From an uncultured Actinomycetota bacterium (GTDB taxonomy: Bacteria; Actinomycetota; Geothermincolia; Geothermincolales; Geothermincolaceae), in NCBI GenBank assembly GCA_964515075.1, contig CAZETE010000004.1, positions 3,353 to 67,352 of the forward strand: 64,000 nt of DNA. Direction: 5' to 3'. The translations under genes and the position numbers were made by a program. Numbering within the stretch: the first letter of the stretch is position 1; every line of letters starts with the position of its first letter. Shown here in pieces: positions 31,187 to 40,386 of this stretch. The notes beneath the pieces are model-generated. The model was not told the origin of the DNA, searched no databases, and saw only the letters and a program-made list of their open reading frames with translations.

Positions 31187-31281
31187 GTGGACGAAACCCG
31201 GGGAAGCTCATATAATTCATTTGTCCCCGGGCGGGGCGCGCCGCCGGGGGCGCAGGGAGTATCGAGCGCGGGTAACGGGAG

Positions 31282-32685
31282 GTGCAGCCGCTAATGGATC
31301 TCAAGGACAAGCGAGTGGTGGTCATCGGCACGGGCATCGGAGGCTCGGGCGTCGCCGCCCTGCTGGCCAAGGAGGGCGCGAAGGTGCTGGTGCTGGAGCG
31401 CAACGGCTTCTGGGGAGGCAAGGCTGCCAGCTTCGAGCGCGACGGCTTCATCTACGATACCGGGGTGCACTGGGTGGCCCGGGGCGAGAAGGGCCCGCTG
31501 GGCGAGATCAGCCGCGAAGTCGGAGGGAGCCTGCGCTTCAAGGCGCTGGAGCCGGCCATGAAGCTGATGGTGGGGGGGCGCTCCACCCTGCTCACCCAGG
31601 AACTCGGCAAGCCGGAAGAGCTGGACCGCATCCTTTCCGAGCTGGAGGTGGCCGAGGGGGAGCGGGACAAGGCCAAAGGCTTCTTTCTGGACGTGATGCG
31701 GCCGCGCACCGCGGAGGAACTGGCCGCCCTGGAGGAGGTGCCGGCGACGGAGTACCTGAGCCAGTTCACCTCGGACCCTCAGTTCATGGTGTTCGTCTCC
31801 GGCATCATCGGCATGCACCTGACCATCTCCCCCAAGCAGGCCTCCGCCTCGGAGTTCATCTACTGCTTCGAGACCCAGGCGCGCAACCAGAACCTCTCCT
31901 ACCCCATCGGCGGCATTGGGGCCATACCCAAGGACTACCTGGACGCCCTGGAGCGCGCGGGCGGGGAGGTGCGCTACGATACCGAGGTCGCCCGCGTGGT
32001 GGTGGAGGACGGCAGGGCCACGGGCGTGGAGACCGCCGCGGGCGAGATGATCCCGGCGGACGTGGTCATCAGCAACAACGGCATCAAGGAGTCGGTGGAG
32101 CTGGCCGGGCGGCACAACTTCCCCGACGACTACGTGAAGATGGTGGACAACCTGCGCCTCTCGCTGGCCGCCGTCAGCGTCAAGTACGCCCTCGACGCCG
32201 AGGTGGTCAAGACCCACCTCAATTACTACTTCCCCACCCCCGACAAGATGGACAGCCAGACGGGCATCTTCTTCCCGGTGCCCTCGGCCGCCGACCCCGG
32301 CCTGGCGCCCCCCGGCTGCCAGCTGGTGCTGGCCGGCGCCCCGACCTCACCCAACCTGGACGACCCGGTGGCGGCCGACGCCGCCTGCGAGGAGGTCCTG
32401 GACAAGATCGAGGCCACCATGCAGTACCTCTATCCGGACATCGAGGAGCACGTGGTCTGGAAGCTGCGCACCAACACCCGGTACTGCGCCGACATCTCCG
32501 GGCGCAAGACCGGCGAGGTCATCGGGGTGGCCCAGAACCGCTTCCAGGTGGGCGGAAACCGCCCCGGGAACGTGACCCCGCTTCAGGGCTTCTACCTGGT
32601 GGGCTCGGACGTCGGCGGGCGCGGCGTGGGCATGGAGATGGCCGCGGACAGCGCCCTCATCCTCTGGCGCGAGCTCAAGGCCTGA
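31282..32685 (+). CDS. FAD-dependent oxidoreductase, phytoene-desaturase (CrtI/COG1233) family, paralogue 1
   Basis: An N-terminal Rossmann GxGxxG (VVVIGTGIGGSGVAALLAKEGAKVLVLER) and CrtI-family-like architecture over 467 aa. Confidence 0.8.
   Translation: MQPLMDLKDKRVVVIGTGIGGSGVAALLAKEGAKVLVLERNGFWGGKAASFERDGFIYDTGVHWVARGEKGPLGEISREVGGSLRFKALEPAMKLMVGGRSTLLTQELGKPEELDRILSELEVAEGERDKAKGFFLDVMRPRTAEELAALEEVPATEYLSQFTSDPQFMVFVSGIIGMHLTISPKQASASEFIYCFETQARNQNLSYPIGGIGAIPKDYLDALERAGGEVRYDTEVARVVVEDGRATGVETAAGEMIPADVVISNNGIKESVELAGRHNFPDDYVKMVDNLRLSLAAVSVKYALDAEVVKTHLNYYFPTPDKMDSQTGIFFPVPSAADPGLAPPGCQLVLAGAPTSPNLDDPVAADAACEEVLDKIEATMQYLYPDIEEHVVWKLRTNTRYCADISGRKTGEVIGVAQNRFQVGGNRPGNVTPLQGFYLVGSDVGGRGVGMEMAADSALILWRELKA
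32074..32659 (+). repeat. 586-bp tract identical to 33551..34136 (3' part of paralogue 1)
   Basis: I compared the two copies directly. They match without a mismatch from aacaacggcatcaaggag... to ...gacagcgccctca. A further ~128 bp upstream (31893-32020 vs 33370-33497) is near-identical. Confidence 0.85.
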
Positions 32686-32758
32686 CGGCGGAACGGCCGG
32701 AACGGACGTTGCCATCACGGAGCCCGGCCCGGCCGGGCTCCTCTCCTTCAAGGGAGGT

Positions 32759-34162
32759 GTGATCGAGAAGATGGGGCTTGAGGACAAGCGGATCATCGTC
32801 ATCGGCACGGGTATCGGCGGGGCGGGAGTGGCGGCGCTGCTGGCCGGGGAAGGCGCGAAGGTGCTGGTACTGGAGCGCAACGGCTACCCCGGCGGCAAGG
32901 CCGCCAGCTTCCAGCGCGAGGGCTACACCTACGACACCGGGGTGCACTGGGTGGCCCGGGGCGAGAAGGGCCCGCTGGGAGAGATCAGCCGCAAGGTCGG
33001 GGGAAATCTCCGCTTCAGGGTGATGGAGCCGGCCATCTACGTGGACGTGGGCGGAAGGCGCACCTCCATGACGCAGGACATGGACGACGAGGTAATGCTG
33101 GAGAAGGCCTTCGATGACCTGGGGGTCGCGCCCGAGAACCGCGAGGGGGCCAGGGCCTTCTTCCGGGACCTCCTGAAGCCCCGCTCCGAGGAGGAACTGG
33201 GGGAGCTGGACTCCTACCCGGTGTCCGACTACCTCATGCAGTTCACCGACGACCCCCAGTTCTTCGTGCTGATATCCGGGTTTATCGGCATGTACCTGGT
33301 GATCGCCCCCAGGCAGGCCTCCACCGGCGAGTTCATCCTCTGCTACTCGGAACAGATACGCGAGCGCAACCTCTCCTACCCCATCGGCGGTATTGGGGCC
33401 ATACCCAAGGACTACCTGGACGCCCTGGAGCGCGCGGGCGGCGAGGTGCGCTACGATACCGAGGTCGCCCGCGTGGTGGTGGAGGACGGCAGGGCCGCGG
33501 GCGTGGAGCTGGAGTCCGGGGAGGTCATCTCCGGCGACGTCATCATCAGTAACAACGGCATCAAGGAGTCGGTGGAGCTGGCCGGGCGGCACAACTTCCC
33601 CGACGACTACGTGAAGATGGTGGACAACCTGCGCCTCTCGCTGGCCGCCGTCAGCGTCAAGTACGCCCTCGACGCCGAGGTGGTCAAGACCCACCTCAAT
33701 TACTACTTCCCCACCCCCGACAAGATGGACAGCCAGACGGGCATCTTCTTCCCGGTGCCCTCGGCCGCCGACCCCGGCCTGGCGCCCCCCGGCTGCCAGC
33801 TGGTGCTGGCCGGCGCCCCGACCTCACCCAACCTGGACGACCCGGTGGCGGCCGACGCCGCCTGCGAGGAGGTCCTGGACAAGATCGAGGCCACCATGCA
33901 GTACCTCTATCCGGACATCGAGGAGCACGTGGTCTGGAAGCTGCGCACCAACACCCGGTACTGCGCCGACATCTCCGGGCGCAAGACCGGCGAGGTCATC
34001 GGGGTGGCCCAGAACCGCTTCCAGGTGGGCGGAAACCGCCCCGGGAACGTGACCCCGCTTCAGGGCTTCTACCTGGTGGGCTCGGACGTCGGCGGGCGCG
34101 GCGTGGGCATGGAGATGGCCGCGGACAGCGCCCTCAACCTCTGGCGTCACCTGACGAAATAG
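32759..34162 (+). CDS. FAD-dependent oxidoreductase, phytoene-desaturase (CrtI/COG1233) family, paralogue 2 (tandem duplicate)
   Basis: It is the same length as paralogue 1. The N-terminal halves have diverged while the C-terminal ~195 aa are identical to paralogue 1. Confidence 0.8.
   Translation: MIEKMGLEDKRIIVIGTGIGGAGVAALLAGEGAKVLVLERNGYPGGKAASFQREGYTYDTGVHWVARGEKGPLGEISRKVGGNLRFRVMEPAIYVDVGGRRTSMTQDMDDEVMLEKAFDDLGVAPENREGARAFFRDLLKPRSEEELGELDSYPVSDYLMQFTDDPQFFVLISGFIGMYLVIAPRQASTGEFILCYSEQIRERNLSYPIGGIGAIPKDYLDALERAGGEVRYDTEVARVVVEDGRAAGVELESGEVISGDVIISNNGIKESVELAGRHNFPDDYVKMVDNLRLSLAAVSVKYALDAEVVKTHLNYYFPTPDKMDSQTGIFFPVPSAADPGLAPPGCQLVLAGAPTSPNLDDPVAADAACEEVLDKIEATMQYLYPDIEEHVVWKLRTNTRYCADISGRKTGEVIGVAQNRFQVGGNRPGNVTPLQGFYLVGSDVGGRGVGMEMAADSALNLWRHLTK
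33551..34136 (+). repeat. 586-bp tract identical to 32074..32659 (3' part of paralogue 2)
   Basis: See the paired feature. The identical minus-strand 64-aa ORFs in the track (32226..32420 and 33703..33897) reflect the same duplication. Confidence 0.85.
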
Positions 34163-34959
34163 ACCACCAGCAGGGCCGCCGCCAGCGCGATGCGGTAGGC
34201 CACGAAGGGCTTGAGGTCCCTGGCCTTCACCCGGCGCAGCAGGAAGGCGATGGCGAGAATCCCGGTCAGAAAGGACGCGCCCGCGCCCAGGAGCATGGGG
34301 CCGAGGGTGCCCTCGGGCACGCCTTCCCCCACCATCTTCAGGCAGGAGAAGGCAAAGGCCGCCCCGATGGTGGGAACGGAGAGGAGGAAGGCGAACTCCA
34401 CCGCCTCCTCCCGCGTAAGCCCCTGCAGCAGGCCGGCGGAGACCGTCGCGCCCGAACGGGAGACCCCCGGGATCATGGCCAGGACCTGGAAGACCCCGGT
34501 GACCAGGCTGCCCCTCCAGCCCAGGTCCGCGGCCGTGAGCTCGAGCCGGGCGGCGCGGTCGGCCTGCCACAGGACCAGGCTGAAGAGGAACATGGCCAGC
34601 ACGATCAGCAGGGGCATGGCGGCCATCATGTCGGCCGAGTCGGCCGCGAAGGCCCCGACGGCCAGGGCGGGCAGGGCGGCCACGAACAGGTACGACGCCA
34701 TCAAGCGGTCGCGCTCCTCGCCCACCTTCCTCTCCACGAGGATGCGCCAGGCCGCCGCCAGCAGCCTCAGCAGGGCTGTGCGGAAGTAGACGACCACCGC
34801 CAGGAGGGTCCCGGCGTGCAGGGCCAGGTTGAAGGAGAGCCGCGGCTCCCCCCAGCCGGTCAACCAGAGGAGCAGGGCGAAGTGGGCGGAGGAGGAGATG
34901 GGCCAGAACTCGGTGAGCCCCTGTGCCGCCCCCAGCGTCAAGGCCTGGTACCAGGGCAT
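34147..34959 (-). CDS. uppP: undecaprenyl-diphosphatase
   Basis: A 270 aa polytopic membrane protein (MPWYQALTLGAAQGLTEFWPISSSAHF..., ..PGVSRSGAT..). Confidence 0.88.
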   Translation of the reverse strand: MPWYQALTLGAAQGLTEFWPISSSAHFALLLWLTGWGEPRLSFNLALHAGTLLAVVVYFRTALLRLLAAAWRILVERKVGEERDRLMASYLFVAALPALAVGAFAADSADMMAAMPLLIVLAMFLFSLVLWQADRAARLELTAADLGWRGSLVTGVFQVLAMIPGVSRSGATVSAGLLQGLTREEAVEFAFLLSVPTIGAAFAFSCLKMVGEGVPEGTLGPMLLGAGASFLTGILAIAFLLRRVKARDLKPFVAYRIALAAALLVVYFVR

Positions 34960-34960
34960 C

Positions 34961-36445
34961 TCAGGCGTCCCGCTTCCGCCCGGGGCCCCGCAGGTACCCG
35001 CCCCGGGCCGCCAGGCAGCTCATCACCCGCACCGCCCGCTCCGGCGTGGAGTAGATGCACACCTGCCGGTGCCCCTCGGGGAGCCTGCTCGCCTCGTCCT
35101 CGCGCTGGGGCATGCCCACGGTCAGGATGGGCTTGCCGTGGCGGGCGATGAGCTCGATGAGGGCGCTCATGAAATCCTCGGTCATGGCCTGCATGCGCCG
35201 CCGCATCGCCGCCCGCGCCTCGCCGTCCAGGTCGCTCGACCCGCTGGCCAGCATCTCCTGGAAGGAGACGTTGGCGTTGACCGTGCCCAGGGAGATCACG
35301 GCGTCGTAAGCGTCGCTGGCCGCCAGCTCCTCGAGGCAGCGGGTGTGGGACTCGACGTCGAAGACCCCCACCAGGTCCACGGGGTTGCCCTTGCTCCAGT
35401 AGGACGGGAGCAGCTCCGAGAACCTCCGCTTGAGCTCGTCGGGCAGCGGGTCCACCGAGAGCCCCTCGCGCTCGCAGAGGTCGGCCGTGACCACGCCCCA
35501 CCCGCCGCCCCAGGTGAGGACGGCCACCCGGCTGCCCCGGGGCAGGGGCATCTTCACCAGGGCGTCGGAGACGTCCAGCATCTCCTCGGTGGTGGCGGCG
35601 CGGACCAGGCCCAGCTGGTCGATCATCCCCTCGTAGACCTCCCGGCTGCCGGCCAGGGCCGCGGAGTGGGAGGCGGCGGCGGCGCTACCGGCGCGGGTGC
35701 CGCCCGCCTTGTAGATGACGATGGGCTTGGCCGCGCTGATCCGGCGGGCCGCCTCGCAGAAGCGGCGGGGGTCCTTGAAGCCCTCCACGTAGAGGAGGAT
35801 GACCCGGGTCAGGTCGTCCCGGGAGAAGTACTCCAGGTAGTCCACGAAGTCCAGGTCGCACTCGTTGCCGATGCAGACGAAGCGGGAGAAGCCCACCCCG
35901 CGATGCGCCCCGAAGCCCAGCATCTGGGTGCCCAGGTTGCCGCTCTGGGCGGCGAAGGCGATGCTGCCGGGGAGGGGGCGGATCGGGGGCATCAGCGCCG
36001 TCAGGCTGTGGGGGGCGGAATAGACGCCCATGGTGTTGGGGCCGACGACACGCAGGCCGCTGGAGTGGGCGCGCCGGACCATCTCCGCTTCCAGCTCCCG
36101 GCCTTCCGGGCCGGACTCGCTGAACCCCCCGGAGATGACGATGACCGCTCTGGCGCCCGCCCGGCCGCACTCCTCCATCATCCCCCCGGCCCGCCCCGCG
36201 GGGATGGTCATCAGCACCAGGTCCGGCCGGTCGGGGACCTCTTCCAGGCTGCGGTACACGGGCATGCCGTGGACGGTGCCGCCCCGCGGGTTCACCAGGT
36301 ACAGCCTGCCCCGGTAGCCTCCCCGCAGGATGTTGCCGGGGATGATGCTGCCCCACTTGTCGTAATGCCTGGAGGCGCCGAGGACCGCGACGCTGCGCGG
36401 GTTGAAGAGGGCCTCCGCGGCCTCCTGGGCATCCGGTACGCTCAT
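34961..36445 (-). CDS. CoA-binding acyl-CoA synthetase (NDP-forming) alpha-type protein without ATP-grasp domain
   Basis: A 494 aa ORF with a CoA-binding Rossmann fold and succinyl-CoA-synthetase-like flavodoxin domain (..RSVAVLGASRHYDKWG.., ..VGPNTMGV..). It is a paralogue of the alpha part of the 15844 gene. Confidence 0.7.
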   Translation of the reverse strand: MSVPDAQEAAEALFNPRSVAVLGASRHYDKWGSIIPGNILRGGYRGRLYLVNPRGGTVHGMPVYRSLEEVPDRPDLVLMTIPAGRAGGMMEECGRAGARAVIVISGGFSESGPEGRELEAEMVRRAHSSGLRVVGPNTMGVYSAPHSLTALMPPIRPLPGSIAFAAQSGNLGTQMLGFGAHRGVGFSRFVCIGNECDLDFVDYLEYFSRDDLTRVILLYVEGFKDPRRFCEAARRISAAKPIVIYKAGGTRAGSAAAASHSAALAGSREVYEGMIDQLGLVRAATTEEMLDVSDALVKMPLPRGSRVAVLTWGGGWGVVTADLCEREGLSVDPLPDELKRRFSELLPSYWSKGNPVDLVGVFDVESHTRCLEELAASDAYDAVISLGTVNANVSFQEMLASGSSDLDGEARAAMRRRMQAMTEDFMSALIELIARHGKPILTVGMPQREDEASRLPEGHRQVCIYSTPERAVRVMSCLAARGGYLRGPGRKRDA

Positions 36446-36478
36446 CTCCCTCCCTTCCGGCTCCCCCGGTGACCGGGG

Positions 36479-37333
36479 CTACAGGTCGCCCAGCTCCGTG
36501 CTGAGCCGGCGGAACTCCTCGTCCAGCAGCAGCAGCCGGTCCATCAACTCGGCGAAACCCGGGGGCAGGCCGTAATCCGACTGGAAGAAGGAGACGAGGT
36601 GCTCGGCCAGCCTGGAGTACATCCTGTCCGGGGCCCCTGCGTCGCCGGCCTGGACGTCGTCCCTCCCTTCCCGGAGGATGTCCCGCACGCCCGCGAAGAG
36701 CTTGATGAAATAGTCGGCGAAGGCCGCCGTTCCCTCCCCGGCCTCCGCCTGCAGGGCCTTTATGCAGGCCTCCGCCAAGTCGACGTCCCTGTCGATGGCC
36801 GCCAGGAGGTCGGCCCGCGGGGCGGCCGGCGCGCCCTCCTTGAAGGTCTCCATGCCCTGCACGAAGAACCCGTCCAGGATGGGGGAGATGTTGTAGAGTT
36901 GGTCGTAGGCCGACTCGAAGTCGCCCATCAGGGCCTGGCCGTTGCGGAAGAAGTCGAGCAGGCCGGCGTGGAAGTCCCGCAGCCCGCCCGGGGGCCTGGC
37001 CTTCTCCATCTCCCGGAGGGAGTCCGCGAAGAGCCTCTTCAGCTTCTGCGAGGTCTCCAGCCCCCTGATGGCCACCTGTTTGAAATCCTCCTCCGCCCCC
37101 CGCCCCTCGAGCTGCGAGAAGAGCGTGTCGGCCTCCTTGCCGAAGCGCCTGTAGGCGTCCCTGGCGGCGGCGGCGTACTCCTCCCGGCTCATCTCGCCGC
37201 AGCCCGACAGGGCGGCGGCGAGCAGCGCCACGGCGGCGAGCAGCGCCGCGGCGCGGGCGGCGCGGGCCCGTCCGGGCAGCCCGGCTTCGTCGAGGGCCTT
37301 CCCTGGTCTCATCTTCAGAAAATCATAGCACAT
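36479..37333 (-). CDS. lipoprotein of unknown function
   Basis: A signal peptide with lipobox (LLAAALSGC) followed by a helical, acidic domain. The start is probably the internal MRPGK. Confidence 0.5.
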   Translation of the reverse strand: MCYDFLKMRPGKALDEAGLPGRARAARAAALLAAVALLAAALSGCGEMSREEYAAAARDAYRRFGKEADTLFSQLEGRGAEEDFKQVAIRGLETSQKLKRLFADSLREMEKARPPGGLRDFHAGLLDFFRNGQALMGDFESAYDQLYNISPILDGFFVQGMETFKEGAPAAPRADLLAAIDRDVDLAEACIKALQAEAGEGTAAFADYFIKLFAGVRDILREGRDDVQAGDAGAPDRMYSRLAEHLVSFFQSDYGLPPGFAELMDRLLLLDEEFRRLSTELGDL

Positions 37334-37449
37334 GCGGGTCGGAACCGGCGCCGGCTTTATGAATCTGCCCGGAGATGGTAGAATTGACTGCGTTCGGGAG
37401 GGAAAACGGCTTCCGCGGACGGAAATGCGGGTCGGGCGGATAGGAGAGC

Positions 37450-37698
37450 ATGAGCAAGGACACCGGTTACACCGCCAGGGACATCTACAAGGTGCGGATC
37501 AGCAAGGGGTTCGTGGATGCCGACTTCGGAGAGGGCTTCCTGGTCGAGATCTGGGACTTCCGCACGCAGCGCATCGTCTACGGGGAGAAGTTTCACGACC
37601 TGGAGCGCGCCCGGCGGGTGGAGAAGGAGATCAAGGGCGACCTGGAGGCCATGACCCTCGACCGCTTCCAGCAGAACTACCTCAAGCGCAGGCCCTGA
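37450..37698 (+). CDS. small hypothetical protein (82 aa)
   Basis: MSKDTGYTARDIYKVRISKGFVDADFGEGFLVEIWDFRTQRIVYGEKFHDLERARRVEKEIKGDLEAMTLDRFQQNYLKRRP. The composition is protein-like, but I recognise no family. Confidence 0.4.
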   Translation: MSKDTGYTARDIYKVRISKGFVDADFGEGFLVEIWDFRTQRIVYGEKFHDLERARRVEKEIKGDLEAMTLDRFQQNYLKRRP

Positions 37699-37718
37699 AG
37701 CCGCGGGCGCGCGGGCTT

Positions 37719-38699
37719 TCAGTCCGCGTACATCTTCAGCAGGTTGTTGACCCTGCGCAGGACGTCCCGCCGCAGTTCCTCGGGCTCCAGGATCTCCACC
37801 TCGGTGCCGTAGCGCAGCAGCTCCTTCTCCAGCCAGGCCAGGTTCTCGGCGTAGAGGGTGCACAGCACCGACCCGTCCTTCTGCCGCTTCTTCCGGGAGA
37901 ACATGTCCTGCTCCATGACCCAGTTGGCGTAGAAGGGGGCGAAGCGCAGGCGGACTTGGCGTCCCTTGAACCTCGAGGGATCGACGGGAAAGCCCTTCAG
38001 GGCCTCCCGCTCCATGAACTCCTCCGGCTTGAACTTCCTCGCCAGCAGCTTGATCTCCCGGATGCGGTCCACGCGGAAGAGGCGGTTCTCGCCCGAGAGG
38101 TGGTCCCAGCCCAGCACGTACCAGTTGCCCGAGCCGAAGAGCAGGTTGAGGGGGTTGAGGCGGCGGCTGGTGAGCGCGTCCCGGCCCGAGCTCAAGTATT
38201 CCATCTCCACCTGGCGCCGCTCGTCCAGGGCCTGCCGCAGCAGCTGCAGCCGGGGGTGGTCGGGATGGTCCGGGCGGATCTCCACCGCGTCCGCCACCGC
38301 CGCCAGGCCCGCCTTCTCCCCCGGGAGCAGCGCCCTCTCCAGCTTGGAGAGGGCCGACTGGAAGGTGGCCGCCTCCTTCAGCCCCGCCAGGTCGGACAGG
38401 GCCCGCCCGGCCAGGTACAGCGAGATGAGCTCGCCGGCGGTGAAGCGGAAGGGGCGGGAGAAGTAGTCGGCCATGCGGATGAAGATGCCCTCCCCCTCGA
38501 AGACCACCTCGATGAGGTCGCCGGGGGTGTACTCCGGCTTGCCGCACAGGTTGACCAGTTCCAGTTCCTTGAGCAGGTCGCCGCGGGCGATGCGGAAGAC
38601 CCGGCAGAGCTCGTCCACCTTGACCCCGGGATGCTGCACGATGTAGGGGATCAGGTTGAGCAGGCGGTAGATCTGGGAATCGGTCCTGGCCACGCTCAT
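37719..38699 (-). CDS. HTH-WYL-WCX transcriptional regulator (PafC-like, second of a tandem pair)
   Basis: A 326 aa ORF: MSVARTDSQIYRLLNLIPYIVQH... (wHTH), then the WYL region (..RRLNPLNLLFGSGNWYVLGWDHLSGENRLFRVDRI..). Its start overlaps the stop of the upstream gene (ATGA). Confidence 0.78.
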   Translation of the reverse strand: MSVARTDSQIYRLLNLIPYIVQHPGVKVDELCRVFRIARGDLLKELELVNLCGKPEYTPGDLIEVVFEGEGIFIRMADYFSRPFRFTAGELISLYLAGRALSDLAGLKEAATFQSALSKLERALLPGEKAGLAAVADAVEIRPDHPDHPRLQLLRQALDERRQVEMEYLSSGRDALTSRRLNPLNLLFGSGNWYVLGWDHLSGENRLFRVDRIREIKLLARKFKPEEFMEREALKGFPVDPSRFKGRQVRLRFAPFYANWVMEQDMFSRKKRQKDGSVLCTLYAENLAWLEKELLRYGTEVEILEPEELRRDVLRRVNNLLKMYAD

Positions 38700-39712
38700 C
38701 CCTTCCTCGCGCCGAGGGCCGCCTTGATCTCCTTGAGGCGCGCGCGCATGGCCTCCCGCACCTGGGGGGGGTCGAGTATCTCCGCGTCCTCCCCGAAGGA
38801 GAGGGCCCAGGCCAGCAGGGTGTCCCGGCTCCTGGCCTTGAGGGTGAGGATGCCGCCCCCGTCCTTCTGCCGCTTGAAGGCATAGCCGTAGGAAGCGACG
38901 TTCTCCTTCACCCACCAGGCCACCTTGGGGGAGAAGCGCATGGTCACCTTGAACTCCGGCGAGTCCTCGAACTGCCAGGGCGGCTTGGCGGAATAGTCGC
39001 GCACCCGGAAGCCTTCGGGCCTTGCGAAGTCGGGCGCCTTGGACCTGGCTTCCGGGATCTCCACCTCTCCGTGCATGCGGGACACCCGGAAGCAGCGGAT
39101 GTCCGAGCGCAGGCGGCAGAAGCCCACCATGTACCAGCTGCCGTGCTCGAAGAAGAGGCCGTAGGGGTCGGCCTCGCGCCCCTGGGGCTCCGCGTCGTGC
39201 AGGGAGAGGTAATCGAAGCGCACCCTCTTCTGGTCGATGACCGCGCGCAGCAGCACCTGCAGGCGCTCCTCCGCCCGGCCGTCCCCGGTGATGCACCAGT
39301 CCATGGTGGGCAGCGCGTCCGGCCCGGCCGCGCCCAGGTCCGGTGTCAGCTTGAGCAGCGCCTTGCGGGCGTCCAGGGAGCAGGGGAAGGCTCCCTGCCA
39401 CACCAGCTTATGGAGCAGCCACAGGGCCAGCCGCTCGTCCGGGTCGAAGTCGATCTCCGGCAGGTAGTAAGCGTCCTTGGGGATGCGGTAGCCCTGCTCC
39501 TCCCCGAAGGGGTCGGTCGCCTCCACCTCGATGGGTATGCCCATGTCCCTCAACTCTCGCTTGTCCCGCTCGAACATGCGCTTGAAGGAGTTGATGTCGT
39601 CCTGCTGGTAGCCGCCGACCTTCTCCCGGATCTGCTCCAGGGTTACCGGCACCCGCGCCTCGAGCAGCGCGGTGATCAGGTTGAGCTGCCGTTCGGTCTT
39701 CCTCCTGCTCAC
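38696..39712 (-). CDS. HTH-WYL-WCX transcriptional regulator (PafB-like, first of a tandem pair)
   Basis: A 338 aa ORF starting at GTG: VSRRKTERQLNLITALLEARVPVTLEQIREKV... (wHTH), with the WYL region (..ADPYGLFFEHGSWYMVGFCRLRSDIRCFRVSRM..). Confidence 0.78.
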   Translation of the reverse strand: MSRRKTERQLNLITALLEARVPVTLEQIREKVGGYQQDDINSFKRMFERDKRELRDMGIPIEVEATDPFGEEQGYRIPKDAYYLPEIDFDPDERLALWLLHKLVWQGAFPCSLDARKALLKLTPDLGAAGPDALPTMDWCITGDGRAEERLQVLLRAVIDQKRVRFDYLSLHDAEPQGREADPYGLFFEHGSWYMVGFCRLRSDIRCFRVSRMHGEVEIPEARSKAPDFARPEGFRVRDYSAKPPWQFEDSPEFKVTMRFSPKVAWWVKENVASYGYAFKRQKDGGGILTLKARSRDTLLAWALSFGEDAEILDPPQVREAMRARLKEIKAALGARKG

Positions 39713-39784
39713 GTGGTCCCGCCCTCCGGGTAGATGGCTTCCGCCCCTATTATAAGCAAAGGGGGGCCGTAGTAATATAGCATC

Positions 39785-40345
39785 ATGTCCGCGGGTATCG
39801 TCTTCGCCGTTTTCGGCCTGGTCTTCCTGGCCGAGCTGGGGGACAAGACCCAGCTCATCGTGCTCGCCCTGGCGGCCCGGACGCGGGCGCGCACGGTGCT
39901 GGCCGGGGCCTTCTCCGCCTTCTTCCTGTTGGACCTGGCGGCGGTGGCCGCGGGGGCCGCCGTCTACCGCTGGCTGCCCCTGCGGCCGCTGCAGTTGGCG
40001 GCGGGGGGGCTGATGGCCCTCTTCGGCGCCCTCTCCATCCTGGGAAAGGCCGGCGGCCCCGGGGAGGAACGGGCGGGCGGGGGGTCGTTTATCAAGGTGT
40101 TGGGCCTGGTCATGCTGATGGAACTGGGGGACAAGACCCAGCTCACCCTGATGGCCCTCGCGGCCAGCCACGGGGAGCCGGCGTCCGTTTTCGTCGGCGG
40201 CACGCTGGCCCTGTGGACCTCCACGCTGCTGGCGGTGGCCCTGGGCGGGCGGCTCGCGCGGCGGGTCCCCGCGGGCGCCGTCCACAAGGTCTCGGGGGCG
40301 GTCTTCCTCGTCTTCGGCCTGGCCATGATCATGGACCTCGCCTGA
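39785..40345 (+). CDS. GDT1/TMEM165 (UPF0016) family cation (Ca2+/Mn2+):H+ antiporter-like membrane protein
   Basis: A 186 aa ORF with two copies of the E-x-G-D-K-T motif (AELGDKTQLIVLAL; MELGDKTQLTLMAL). Confidence 0.8.
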   Translation: MSAGIVFAVFGLVFLAELGDKTQLIVLALAARTRARTVLAGAFSAFFLLDLAAVAAGAAVYRWLPLRPLQLAAGGLMALFGALSILGKAGGPGEERAGGGSFIKVLGLVMLMELGDKTQLTLMALAASHGEPASVFVGGTLALWTSTLLAVALGGRLARRVPAGAVHKVSGAVFLVFGLAMIMDLA

Positions 40346-40386
40346 GGGAGCCGGGGTTCCGGGCGGGGTTATATTATAATGTGGGC

